Source: Methanomicrobiales archaeon (lineage in GTDB: Archaea; Halobacteriota; Methanomicrobia; Methanomicrobiales; Methanospirillaceae). Taken from it: a DNA stretch of 36,554 nucleotides. Position 1 is the stretch's first letter. Every line of letters starts with the position of its first letter. Positions 28,318-36,554 of this stretch are shown here, piece by piece. The stretch lies in NCBI GenBank assembly GCA_037137755.1, contig JBAXJR010000024.1, forward strand, positions 1 through 36,554, in the 5' to 3' direction. Position numbers and translations under genes: made by a program. The notes beneath the pieces are model-generated. The model searched no databases, was not told where the DNA came from, and saw nothing but the letters and a program-made list of their open reading frames with translations.

Positions 28318-28950
28318 TTATAGTTTTGGAATCCGACGTGTGAGTTCGTCCCAGTCGCTACCAACAGACCTTTGAATGAGCTTCTTCACACCAGCGAAGG
28401 CGGGAGCAGGTAACACCATCTGCCATATACGGGTCATATTCTCACGATCATCGTTCCCGATTAAGGGGAACAGCCACCCCACTACATCAGGGAACCGTTC
28501 CGGTGGAATAGTACTGGCCATAATACTAACCGCTTTCCCCTGATCAGGTAAGGAGATTCGTTCCCTGAAAATACGGTACAGGTGTGTATCTTCCTTGTCC
28601 AGGTGAATATCCAGATGAAAACGAAATGCGGCAGTAGCCCGGGCTGTTTTTAAAACGTCTCGTGCGGAATACGAATTATCCAGTTCTTCAAATGCCAGGT
28701 CCAGTCCACGGTGATCTTTTTCATATGCTTCAGCAACAAGGGGGGCGACATTCTCGAGTGCCGGGAAGATAGCTAATTCTTCACCTTTTGCATGCCAGAC
28801 CAATATTTCGTTAAAGAAACGGAACCGCTCAATTGTAGTAGCAAGACCTTCCATCCCCTTTGCTGAGTCAAATGCTGCAGTATCAATCTGCCACATGTCT
28901 TTTCTGAAGGCATTGTGAATTGCCCGTATCGCATCGACAGGTTCTGTCAT
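28318..28950 (-). CDS. Hemerythrin/HHE cation-binding domain protein
   Basis: H..FRKD, HAKGEE..IFP, EKDH, HLDKED..LY. Confidence 0.8.
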   Translation of the reverse strand: MTEPVDAIRAIHNAFRKDMWQIDTAAFDSAKGMEGLATTIERFRFFNEILVWHAKGEELAIFPALENVAPLVAEAYEKDHRGLDLAFEELDNSYSARDVLKTARATAAFRFHLDIHLDKEDTHLYRIFRERISLPDQGKAVSIMASTIPPERFPDVVGWLFPLIGNDDRENMTRIWQMVLPAPAFAGVKKLIQRSVGSDWDELTRRIPKL

Positions 28951-29013
28951 GAGCACTCATCAATCAATGTCAGCAATAAATGTTCCCGGGCATCTAAAAT
29001 AAATAAAAAAAAT

Positions 29014-29787
29014 TCATGGAATATCCATATCCTCTTTCCACCCGGACTCATCCTCACTTGGTTTCACATGCCTCTCCCGTTCCAGCTCACAAATAGTGGG
29101 GTCGATATGAAATTCTGCCCGGCGGAGCAACCCGTGGACCGTGCTGGCTTCCCGTGCGGTGAGCTGTGTCCTCCCGAAGATCCGCCTCATCATCAGCATC
29201 GTATTCTCTCGTTTGAACGGGGGATGGTCGATCTCGTCCAGGAAGCGGTCAATATGGCGGTAAAGGTACTCCATCTCAGTTCGGTTTGCCAGGAGGTATT
29301 CACCACGGGGCATGTGGGCGAGCTCGTAACATACCACACCGACAGCGTGGGACAGGTTCAGGATAGGGTAGTCCGGGGACGTCGGGATCGTGCAGATCAT
29401 GTCACACCTCTTTACCTCATCGTTATTCAGGCCCCAGTTCTCCCGGCCAAACAATATCGAGATAGTCCCGTTGATATCTTTGATATGCTCACGGATCTCC
29501 CCGGGGGTGAAATATGGCATACGCATCGACCGGCAGATCGATTTGCTGACCTCCCCGGTCGTGGCGATTGTAAGAGAACTTTGTGAGAAGACATCATCCA
29601 GTGTGCACGTATCAGCTCCTTTTAGAACGTCCTGTGCATGGGCAGCACGCAATGACGCCTCTTCGCCAATATCGCATGGATCAATCAGGATCAAGCGGGA
29701 GAAACCGAAATTTTTCATCACGCGGGCTGTGAATCCTACATTCCCTTCGTATATGGGGGCTACCAGGACGATCTGGATATCGGGCAT
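29014..29787 (-). CDS. trmJ: SPOUT tRNA 2'-O-methyltransferase, TrmJ family
   Basis: IVLV.P..EGNVG..ARVMKNFG, LFGRE.WGL.N.E, YPILNLSHAV. Confidence 0.85.
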   Translation of the reverse strand: MPDIQIVLVAPIYEGNVGFTARVMKNFGFSRLILIDPCDIGEEASLRAAHAQDVLKGADTCTLDDVFSQSSLTIATTGEVSKSICRSMRMPYFTPGEIREHIKDINGTISILFGRENWGLNNDEVKRCDMICTIPTSPDYPILNLSHAVGVVCYELAHMPRGEYLLANRTEMEYLYRHIDRFLDEIDHPPFKRENTMLMMRRIFGRTQLTAREASTVHGLLRRAEFHIDPTICELERERHVKPSEDESGWKEDMDIP

Positions 29788-29813
29788 GCGAGATCAAAAA
29801 TAATAATCAACGA

Positions 29814-30503
29814 TTACTGGACGGCCCTGACCGTCGATTTCAGTACTTCAACACCTTTTTCATAGACCGCGTTGCCGACAACGATAGTGTCTGCATACCG
29901 GGACATTTCCGCGGCCTTTTCTGCTGAATCAATACCCCCTCCATAATACAGTACCGCCTCGTCAAGCGCATCTGATGCGGCTTTGACCACCAGGGGGTCC
30001 CCGTATATGCCGCTGTATTCAATATAAACAATGGGGAACCGGAGGTACCGGTCAGCAACTGATGTATAGGCCGCCACGTCCGCAGGGGTGAGATCGCAGA
30101 TAGATTTTGTGACTTTCCCAACTGAGGAATCCGGGTTAAGCACAATATACGCTTCTGGAACGACTTTATCCCATTCGATGTTCTGGGTCTTCACCCATTG
30201 CATATGTTTTCCTACAATCCAGCGTACATCCGTGGTATTCAGCACACTTGGAACGTACAGGTACTCAATACCGTCAAAAATGACTGCTTCAGGACCGGCT
30301 GGTTCGACCACGAGGGGAAGTCCGTAAGAGGCGACCTGGCGTTTAAGTGTCGTTAAGTTCTCGACGGTTACATTCAGGGTCCCGGAAAGCATCAGCGCAT
30401 CGGTCCCGCTGGTCGCTACCTCTTCAACTGCCGTCGCGTTGAGTTGCTTGTCAGGGTCCAGCTTCGTAACATGGACCCAGTTTTTCCAGTTTGCGTGCTT
30501 CAT
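29814..30503 (-). CDS. Geranylgeranylglyceryl phosphate synthase (group I/PcrB-like)
   Basis: HVTKLDPDK, SGTDA, EAYIVLNPDS, VYIEYSG, YYGGGID, TIVVGNAVY. Confidence 0.9.
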   Translation of the reverse strand: MKHANWKNWVHVTKLDPDKQLNATAVEEVATSGTDALMLSGTLNVTVENLTTLKRQVASYGLPLVVEPAGPEAVIFDGIEYLYVPSVLNTTDVRWIVGKHMQWVKTQNIEWDKVVPEAYIVLNPDSSVGKVTKSICDLTPADVAAYTSVADRYLRFPIVYIEYSGIYGDPLVVKAASDALDEAVLYYGGGIDSAEKAAEMSRYADTIVVGNAVYEKGVEVLKSTVRAVQ

Positions 30504-30536
30504 ACTAATCCGTTGATTTTTTGATATCAATTGTTT

Positions 30537-33350
30537 TCAGGCCTTTGCAACGGCCCGGTATTCTTTCTGGTACTCGAGGATCTTCTCTTTCGGGATCCCT
30601 GTTTTCTTTGAAAGCTCATCGGGACTTGCCTTGTCCAGCCGTTCGCCACTGAAGATCCCGGCACGATAGAGCTTTCCGATTGCCGCCTCACCAATACCCC
30701 GGATTGCGATCAGTTCGGCTTTTCCTCTTTCAAGCTGGGCCTTGCTGATCTTTTCAGGGGCTGGCTTATTGAGTGCTTTCGCGACCATTTCCACGTGGCG
30801 GTAAACGGTTTCGGGATTGATCCCGGTCATCTCACTGATTGCGGCAGGGTGGTGACTGATGAAATCAAGAGGCGTGATAATACCTGCATGGTGGTATTTC
30901 TTCAGGCTCACCGCAGGAATACCAATATCCCGGAGGACACGCTCATTGGTGATCCGTTTTGCTTCAGCCTGGAGGTTTTCTGCCTCTACTTCACCCATGC
31001 CTGTACTCCGGAGTAACTGCCGGTCTGCTCCTGCAAGCCCTTCGACATCATCGATCCCTGCAGCATGGAGTTTCTTCACGATTGCCGAATGGCTCCGGCC
31101 CCGGCGTGGCGGGAGGTGCTTTCTTACAAATTTCCGGCATTCCGAACGTTTGCGCAGGAGCACTAACACTTCTTCTGCACCGATCACCAGATTTTCCGCG
31201 TGTTCCCCGGAGAGCCCTGTTGCCGCCATGACGCCTTCCTGCCCGGATTTAGCGACCTCATAAACCGTATAGATGTGTTTTTTGTGAAGTTTTTCCCTTA
31301 TAACGTCGGTCATGGTCGGGATCAGGTCAAGAGTCTCCTGGTTTGAAGTAATATGGTGGCAGAGCGGGCACCCGATCTCCCATGGGCGTGCACCTTTTTT
31401 TATCAGCGTTACATGGTGGAGACCGTGCTTCGGGCATATTTCATCAGTCCGTACGGCGAAACCCCACATTACCATCGGGAGACCGATATTGAAGGTGCAT
31501 TCCGGGTAATTGGTACAGCCGATAAACTGTGCCTGGCTCCTTAAATGACGGATACGGATATCTTTCCCGCAGACCGGGCATGGACCGAGCGTCATCTCCT
31601 CTGCAGTCTGGTCCATGATCTCATCCCCGATCTCCTGCCCGTGCGCCTCCAGCTGATCAAAGACCCGGTGGAGCATCTCACGTGATTCCCTGACCACGTC
31701 ATCCCGGTTCCTCTGGCGCTCCTTGATCAGGTCCATATGCTCTTCAAGCATCTGGGTCATATCCGGCTTCGTAATGGTGTCCGCATGGTCCTCGAGGGAC
31801 CCTATCACTGCCATCCCGACAAGGCTTGGTCGCAGCGGGTTCCCTTCCACGTATTTTCTTGATACGAGCTTCCCGATCACCTCGTGACGCGTGCTCTTCG
31901 TACCAAGCCCGAGTTCCTCCATCCGCTGGATCAGCTTTGCCTGGGTATAACGGGGTGGCGGCAGTGTTTCCTTCTCCTCGAGGCGTTTTTCTTTAATCGG
32001 TAGCTTTTCCCCCTCGGTAAACCTGGGAAGTACATGGTCTTTTGCCTCGCTGTAGGGGTAGACCTTCCGCCACCCGGGTTCAACAAGGACGCCACCGGTG
32101 GCTGTGTAGGGTTCGCCTCCTGCATCAAAATTTACTTTCAGGGTCTTCCACTGTGCATCAAGGGATAAGGTTGCAAGGAAACGGCGGACGACCAGCTCGT
32201 AGATCTTCCACCGGTCATCACCAATTGCCTCTCTCGTGGCAACCCCGGACGGATGGATGGGGGGGTGATCGGTTGTTGATTTCTTTCCTGAGGTAGGTAC
32301 TGGCCGCCGGTGTGCCATGACCCATGCTACATCAGTAGCGAACACCGATTGCTGAAGGGTCTTTAACACCCCGTTCAGGTCGAGGGTCTTCGGGTACACC
32401 GTGTTGTCAGTCCTCGGGTATGAAATGAACCCGTTCATGTAGAGGTCTTCTGCAATCCGCATCGAATTGGCTGCTGAAAACCCGATGCGTGCTGCCGCGA
32501 CGATGAACCCGGTGGTGTCAAAGGGAGTCGGGGCCCGGTCTGTTTTCTGGCTCTCCTTAATTTCAGTTACAAGCAGCGGTTCTTTCGTGCGGGCAATGGC
32601 AGTCTCTGCGGCGGTTTTATCAGTAAACCTCGCTGTCGTATGACGGACCTCCACTATCGTGCCGGATTTTTCCGTCGTAAGCGACAACTGCCAGTATTTC
32701 TCTGTAATGAATGCCTCTATCTCCTTTTCACGGTCAACAATCATCGCCAGTGTCGGGCTCTGCACACGCCCGACCGACAGGATGTTGGCTCCGCCACGGC
32801 GTGCGGCGAGACTGATAAACCTTGTCAGTGATGCACCCCACATCAGGTCAATCACCTGTCGTGCCTCACCAGCTGCGGCAAGGGCGAAATCTATCTCGGT
32901 CGTATGGGTAAAGGCGTGGTGGATCTCTTCGGGAGTGATGGCAGAAAACCTTGAACGGTCAACCTTGACTTTCAGGTTCACGGCCCGGATCAGTTCGTAG
33001 GCCTCCTTCCCGATGAGTTCCCCCTCGGTATCAAAATCAGTGGCTATGGTGACCAGGTCAGCTTTTTTCGCAAGTTTCTGGATGAGGTGGATGATCTTCT
33101 TTTCTGTCGGGACTTTAACCGTGCCGGCATCGATGAGGCTCCGCGGCGTATGTTCTTCTGATCTCCAGTTGCTGTAACCGGGCTCGAAATCCACCTCTAC
33201 CACGTGGCCCCGCAGACCGGCGACGACGTTGTCACTGAAACTGTAACTCGATATCCCTCCGTCCTTTGCAACGGTGACCTTCTCTTTCCCGGCAAGGATC
33301 TTCGCAATCCGCTCTGCTGAAATGTTCTTCTCCGTGATGATCAGGTGCAT
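30537..33350 (-). CDS. topA: DNA topoisomerase I (type IA) with Zn ribbon and C-terminal HhH repeats
   Basis: LIITEK TOPRIM, ATDFDTEGE, SVGRVQSPTL, catalytic ISYPRTD, GLGTKSTR. GGAGG precedes ATG 33350. Confidence 0.95.
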   Translation of the reverse strand: MHLIITEKNISAERIAKILAGKEKVTVAKDGGISSYSFSDNVVAGLRGHVVEVDFEPGYSNWRSEEHTPRSLIDAGTVKVPTEKKIIHLIQKLAKKADLVTIATDFDTEGELIGKEAYELIRAVNLKVKVDRSRFSAITPEEIHHAFTHTTEIDFALAAAGEARQVIDLMWGASLTRFISLAARRGGANILSVGRVQSPTLAMIVDREKEIEAFITEKYWQLSLTTEKSGTIVEVRHTTARFTDKTAAETAIARTKEPLLVTEIKESQKTDRAPTPFDTTGFIVAAARIGFSAANSMRIAEDLYMNGFISYPRTDNTVYPKTLDLNGVLKTLQQSVFATDVAWVMAHRRPVPTSGKKSTTDHPPIHPSGVATREAIGDDRWKIYELVVRRFLATLSLDAQWKTLKVNFDAGGEPYTATGGVLVEPGWRKVYPYSEAKDHVLPRFTEGEKLPIKEKRLEEKETLPPPRYTQAKLIQRMEELGLGTKSTRHEVIGKLVSRKYVEGNPLRPSLVGMAVIGSLEDHADTITKPDMTQMLEEHMDLIKERQRNRDDVVRESREMLHRVFDQLEAHGQEIGDEIMDQTAEEMTLGPCPVCGKDIRIRHLRSQAQFIGCTNYPECTFNIGLPMVMWGFAVRTDEICPKHGLHHVTLIKKGARPWEIGCPLCHHITSNQETLDLIPTMTDVIREKLHKKHIYTVYEVAKSGQEGVMAATGLSGEHAENLVIGAEEVLVLLRKRSECRKFVRKHLPPRRGRSHSAIVKKLHAAGIDDVEGLAGADRQLLRSTGMGEVEAENLQAEAKRITNERVLRDIGIPAVSLKKYHHAGIITPLDFISHHPAAISEMTGINPETVYRHVEMVAKALNKPAPEKISKAQLERGKAELIAIRGIGEAAIGKLYRAGIFSGERLDKASPDELSKKTGIPKEKILEYQKEYRAVAKA

Positions 33351-33381
33351 GTCGTACCTCCCGTTACGGGGTCTTCGGTTA

Positions 33382-34941
33382 TCATTGTTCTCTCCCTTCC
33401 AGGGCCTTGCGTAGCAACGCATTAAGTTCTGCAGGGTCAGCCTTGCCCCGGGTCTTCTTCATGACCTGGCCAATCAGGAACATGAACGCTTCCTTCTTCC
33501 CGGAGCCGTAATCAGCGACAGCCTGAGGCTGTTCCCTGATCACGTCTGATATAGCCGCAGGGACTATGCCGCTGTCCGTGGCGCCAAGGTCAAGCCGCTT
33601 TACAACCTGTGACGGGGTTTCGGCCGGCTGCTCCTGCTGGATGCCGTCGAGGATTGTCCTGAGCACGTCTATGGCATTCTTGTCGGTGATAGTCTTTGAT
33701 TGTACAAGGGTTACCAGTTCGATGATATGCGACGGTGTAACAGACCCGATGCCCATATCACGGTAGTTAAGTTCGCCAATCAGTGTATCGGCCACCCATG
33801 TCGCCGAGAGCACAGGGTCTGCTTTTTCTGCGACCTTTTCGTAAAAGTCTGCAAGCTTAAGGTCCCCGGTCAGCGTACGGGCATGGCTGGGAGAACAGCC
33901 GTACTGCCCGATGAACCTGGCCCTTCTCGCATCAGGGAGCTCCGGCAGATCGATCCGTTCAACCCACGAACTTACCCTGAGTGGGCAGAGGTCGGGTTCC
34001 GGGAAGTACCGGTAGTCCTGCTCCTCCTCCTTGCTCCTCGAGGCAGTTGTGATCCCCTGGGTCTCGACGAAATGCCGCGTCGCCTGTTCGATGGGCTGAC
34101 CCTTCCTGATCACGTTCCTCTGCCGCGTGACTTCGAACGTCAGTGCTTTCTCGACCCCCTTATACGAGGAGATATTCTTCACCTCGATCCGGTTTCTCCC
34201 CTTGTAACTTTTCTTTTCACGGTCGAACCACCCTTCCGGCTGGATCGAGATATTGGCATCGACCCGAAGGGACCCTTCCTTCTCGGAATCAAAGACAGAG
34301 AGGTATTCCAGTGTCGCTCGGAGCTTGTTTAAGAAGCGCCGTGCCTCCTTTGGTGACCGCATGTCCGGCTCGGTAACGATCTCAATTAACGGGATCCCTG
34401 CACGGTTGTAATCAACAAGCGAGTAACGGGGCCGGTCGACCCCGCCTTTATGGACGAGCCTACCTGGATCTTCCTCCATGTGTACCCTGGTAATCCTGAC
34501 CCTTTTCTCACCATCTTCACCTTCAATTACGAGGTAACCACCGACTGCGAGAGGTTTGTCATACTGGGAGATCTGGAATGCCTTATCGAGATCAGGGTAG
34601 AAATAATTCTTCCGTGAGAAAACGGACTCCTCTAGCACTTCGCAATTCAGGGCTTTTGCAACACGGAGTGCAAATTCAACTGCTTTTTTGTTTATTTTCG
34701 GGAGCGCCCCAGGGAGGCCGAGGCATACCGGGCAGGTATGGGTGTTCGGACCGTCGCTCCGGTAATCATTACTGCATGCGCAGAAGAGTTTTGTTACCGT
34801 ATCAAGCTGGCAATGGACTTCGAGCCCGATGATGGTCTCATCTGCCTCAGGGAGTGGCGGGCTTCCTGCAGCCTGTGAAATATGCCCCTGTGACTGTTCT
34901 GACCGGGATTCGGCCATGGTTCCTGCAGACATGTTCTCCAT
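33382..34941 (-). CDS. gatB: Asp/Glu-tRNA amidotransferase subunit B
   Basis: IGLEVHCQL, RKNYFYPDL, DYNRAGIPLIEIVTEPD, DYRYFPEPDL, GQVMKKTRGKA. Start uncertain. Confidence 0.96.
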   Translation of the reverse strand: MENMSAGTMAESRSEQSQGHISQAAGSPPLPEADETIIGLEVHCQLDTVTKLFCACSNDYRSDGPNTHTCPVCLGLPGALPKINKKAVEFALRVAKALNCEVLEESVFSRKNYFYPDLDKAFQISQYDKPLAVGGYLVIEGEDGEKRVRITRVHMEEDPGRLVHKGGVDRPRYSLVDYNRAGIPLIEIVTEPDMRSPKEARRFLNKLRATLEYLSVFDSEKEGSLRVDANISIQPEGWFDREKKSYKGRNRIEVKNISSYKGVEKALTFEVTRQRNVIRKGQPIEQATRHFVETQGITTASRSKEEEQDYRYFPEPDLCPLRVSSWVERIDLPELPDARRARFIGQYGCSPSHARTLTGDLKLADFYEKVAEKADPVLSATWVADTLIGELNYRDMGIGSVTPSHIIELVTLVQSKTITDKNAIDVLRTILDGIQQEQPAETPSQVVKRLDLGATDSGIVPAAISDVIREQPQAVADYGSGKKEAFMFLIGQVMKKTRGKADPAELNALLRKALEGREQ

Positions 34942-34944
34942 CTC

Positions 34945-36246
34945 TCATACCACCGCCTGTTCATACGCATACGCGGTATCGATAACAACCTCATCTTCGA
35001 AGGGACGTCCCATGATCTGGAGACCGACCGGCATCCCCTCAACAGTCCCACACGGGACTGATATTGCAGGGACTCCGGCGAGGTTTGCAGGCACCGTGAG
35101 GATATCCGAGAGGTACATGGAGAGCGGGTCTGCCTTCTCGCCCAGCCGGAACGCGATGGTTGGCATTGTCGGTCCCGCAAGCACATCTACTTCCTTATAG
35201 AGACGCAGGAAATCGTTTTTTACCTGCTGGCGTGCAGCCTGGGCTTTTGCATAGTATTTCCCGTAATATCCGGAAGACAGGGCAAATGTTCCGAGCATAA
35301 TCCTCCGCCGGACTTCTTTCCCGAAACTCTTTCCCCTTCTTTCCTGGAATGCCTCGTGCCATGATTTCTTTGTATCGACCGGCGGACCATACCTGACACC
35401 ATCAAAACGGGCAAGGTTTGAGCTAGCCTCGCTCGTACAGGTCACGTAGTAGGCAGCGAGGGCATATGTCATGCCTGGCATCCGGCAGGTGACAATTTCA
35501 GCCCCTTTCTTTTCAAGCACCTCGATCGCCTCCCATGCTTTTGCTGCAACTGCAGGGTCAACACCGGCACCGAAAAATTCCTCGGGGACACCAATTCTCC
35601 GCCCCTGGATGTTTTTATCAGGCGTATGGCAGTACGGCTGATCTATGCTGGTGGAGTCCTTTGGGTCGTACCCGGCAATTACCTGCATGAGTCGTGAAGT
35701 CTCACCTACCGTTCTCGCCATAGGGCCGATCTGCTCGAGGGAGTTTGCATAGGCAATCAGGCCGTACCTTGATACCCGGCCATAGGTCGGTTTCAGGCCG
35801 ACAATCCCACAAAATGCAGCCGGGCAGCGGATCGAACCACCGGTGTCGCTTCCGAGTGCCATCCTGACCATGCCGGCAGCTACCGCAGCGGCACTGCCTC
35901 CTGACGAACCCCCGGGCACCCTGCCCTTATCGAGCGGATTTAAGGTAGGCCCAAACCCGGAATTCTCGGTGGTGGTACCCATGCCGAATTCGTCCATGTT
36001 TGTTTTGCCCACAATTGCCGCACCTTCTGCAAGGAGGAGCGATACCACATGGGCATCATAGGGGGGTACATATCCCTCGAGGATGCGTGAGCCGGCAGTG
36101 GTCCGTATGCCTTTTGTCGAGATATTATCTTTTATGGCAATGGCATGCCCTTCTAGACTTCCGGTACCATATTCAGGCTCCGGGCAGGTAGTGAGAAAGG
36201 CGTTGACCCGGTCATCGGGTGAGAATGAAAGCCGCGAACGTGCCAA
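34945..36246 (-). CDS. gatA: Asp/Glu-tRNA amidotransferase subunit A
   Basis: Amidase signature KDNI, GKTNMDEF, PGGSSGGSAAAVAA, GSDTGGSIRCPA. Confidence 0.96.
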   Translation of the reverse strand: MARSRLSFSPDDRVNAFLTTCPEPEYGTGSLEGHAIAIKDNISTKGIRTTAGSRILEGYVPPYDAHVVSLLLAEGAAIVGKTNMDEFGMGTTTENSGFGPTLNPLDKGRVPGGSSGGSAAAVAAGMVRMALGSDTGGSIRCPAAFCGIVGLKPTYGRVSRYGLIAYANSLEQIGPMARTVGETSRLMQVIAGYDPKDSTSIDQPYCHTPDKNIQGRRIGVPEEFFGAGVDPAVAAKAWEAIEVLEKKGAEIVTCRMPGMTYALAAYYVTCTSEASSNLARFDGVRYGPPVDTKKSWHEAFQERRGKSFGKEVRRRIMLGTFALSSGYYGKYYAKAQAARQQVKNDFLRLYKEVDVLAGPTMPTIAFRLGEKADPLSMYLSDILTVPANLAGVPAISVPCGTVEGMPVGLQIMGRPFEDEVVIDTAYAYEQAVV

Positions 36247-36247
36247 C

Positions 36248-36517
36248 CTACATCACCCTCGGAGCCTTGAAAAACCCGTCTTCAGTCTCACCCGCATTTT
36301 TCAGGGCGTCTTCCTGTGAAAGCGACGGGCAGACCACGTCCTCCCTCAGCACGTTATAGCGGTCCTGTTCGTACACGCAGTCCCCCTCAACCGTATCGAG
36401 GATATCAAAATAATCGAGAATCCTGTTAAACTGGACTGTAAACTCGTCCAGCTCTTCTTTTATTATGCCGATATCGGCGAGCCCGGCAATATGTTCAACG
36501 TCCCTCTCAGATACCAT
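36248..36517 (-). CDS. gatC: Asp/Glu-tRNA amidotransferase subunit C
   Basis: VEHIA.LA.I...ILDYF..L...NVLRED...ALKNA...EDGFFKAPRV, directly upstream of gatA. Confidence 0.92.
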   Translation of the reverse strand: MVSERDVEHIAGLADIGIIKEELDEFTVQFNRILDYFDILDTVEGDCVYEQDRYNVLREDVVCPSLSQEDALKNAGETEDGFFKAPRVM

Positions 36518-36554
36518 GGTCACGCACACCAAACTGGTTTATGTACCCTTGTAC

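Overview
Archaeal chromosomal window. Gene content and protein types point to a Methanomicrobiales-like methanogen (inference). Two core blocks flank a more variable middle. Left block: pdaD, a secreted beta-rich protein, carA-carB-argG. Right block (minus strand): gatC-gatA-gatB-topA-GGGP synthase-trmJ, a hemerythrin-domain gene, dcd-thrS-ywbE. The middle (~7.4-25 kb) holds a ROK kinase, PspC, a YkgJ-type Cys-cluster protein, an 822-aa STAS + unknown domain + kinase-fold fusion, TspO, a QueG/RdhA-like Fe-S protein, a two-subunit 2-oxoacid:ferredoxin oxidoreductase, a K+ channel, a divergent receiver/histidine kinase pair, several secreted proteins and a decayed IS630. Reading outside the ORF track revealed a GNAT pseudogene (18513-18999), a twin-hairpin element resembling IS200/IS605 ends (17789-17925) and a 48-bp GC-rich dispersed repeat (22793 and 27989). 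It also showed a Fur-box-like palindrome upstream of a small protein built of four His/Cys repeats, and a miniature paralogue (24717-25025) of the secreted protein at 932-1753. No rRNA, tRNA or CRISPR array was recognised. All family calls come from motif recognition; no searches were run.
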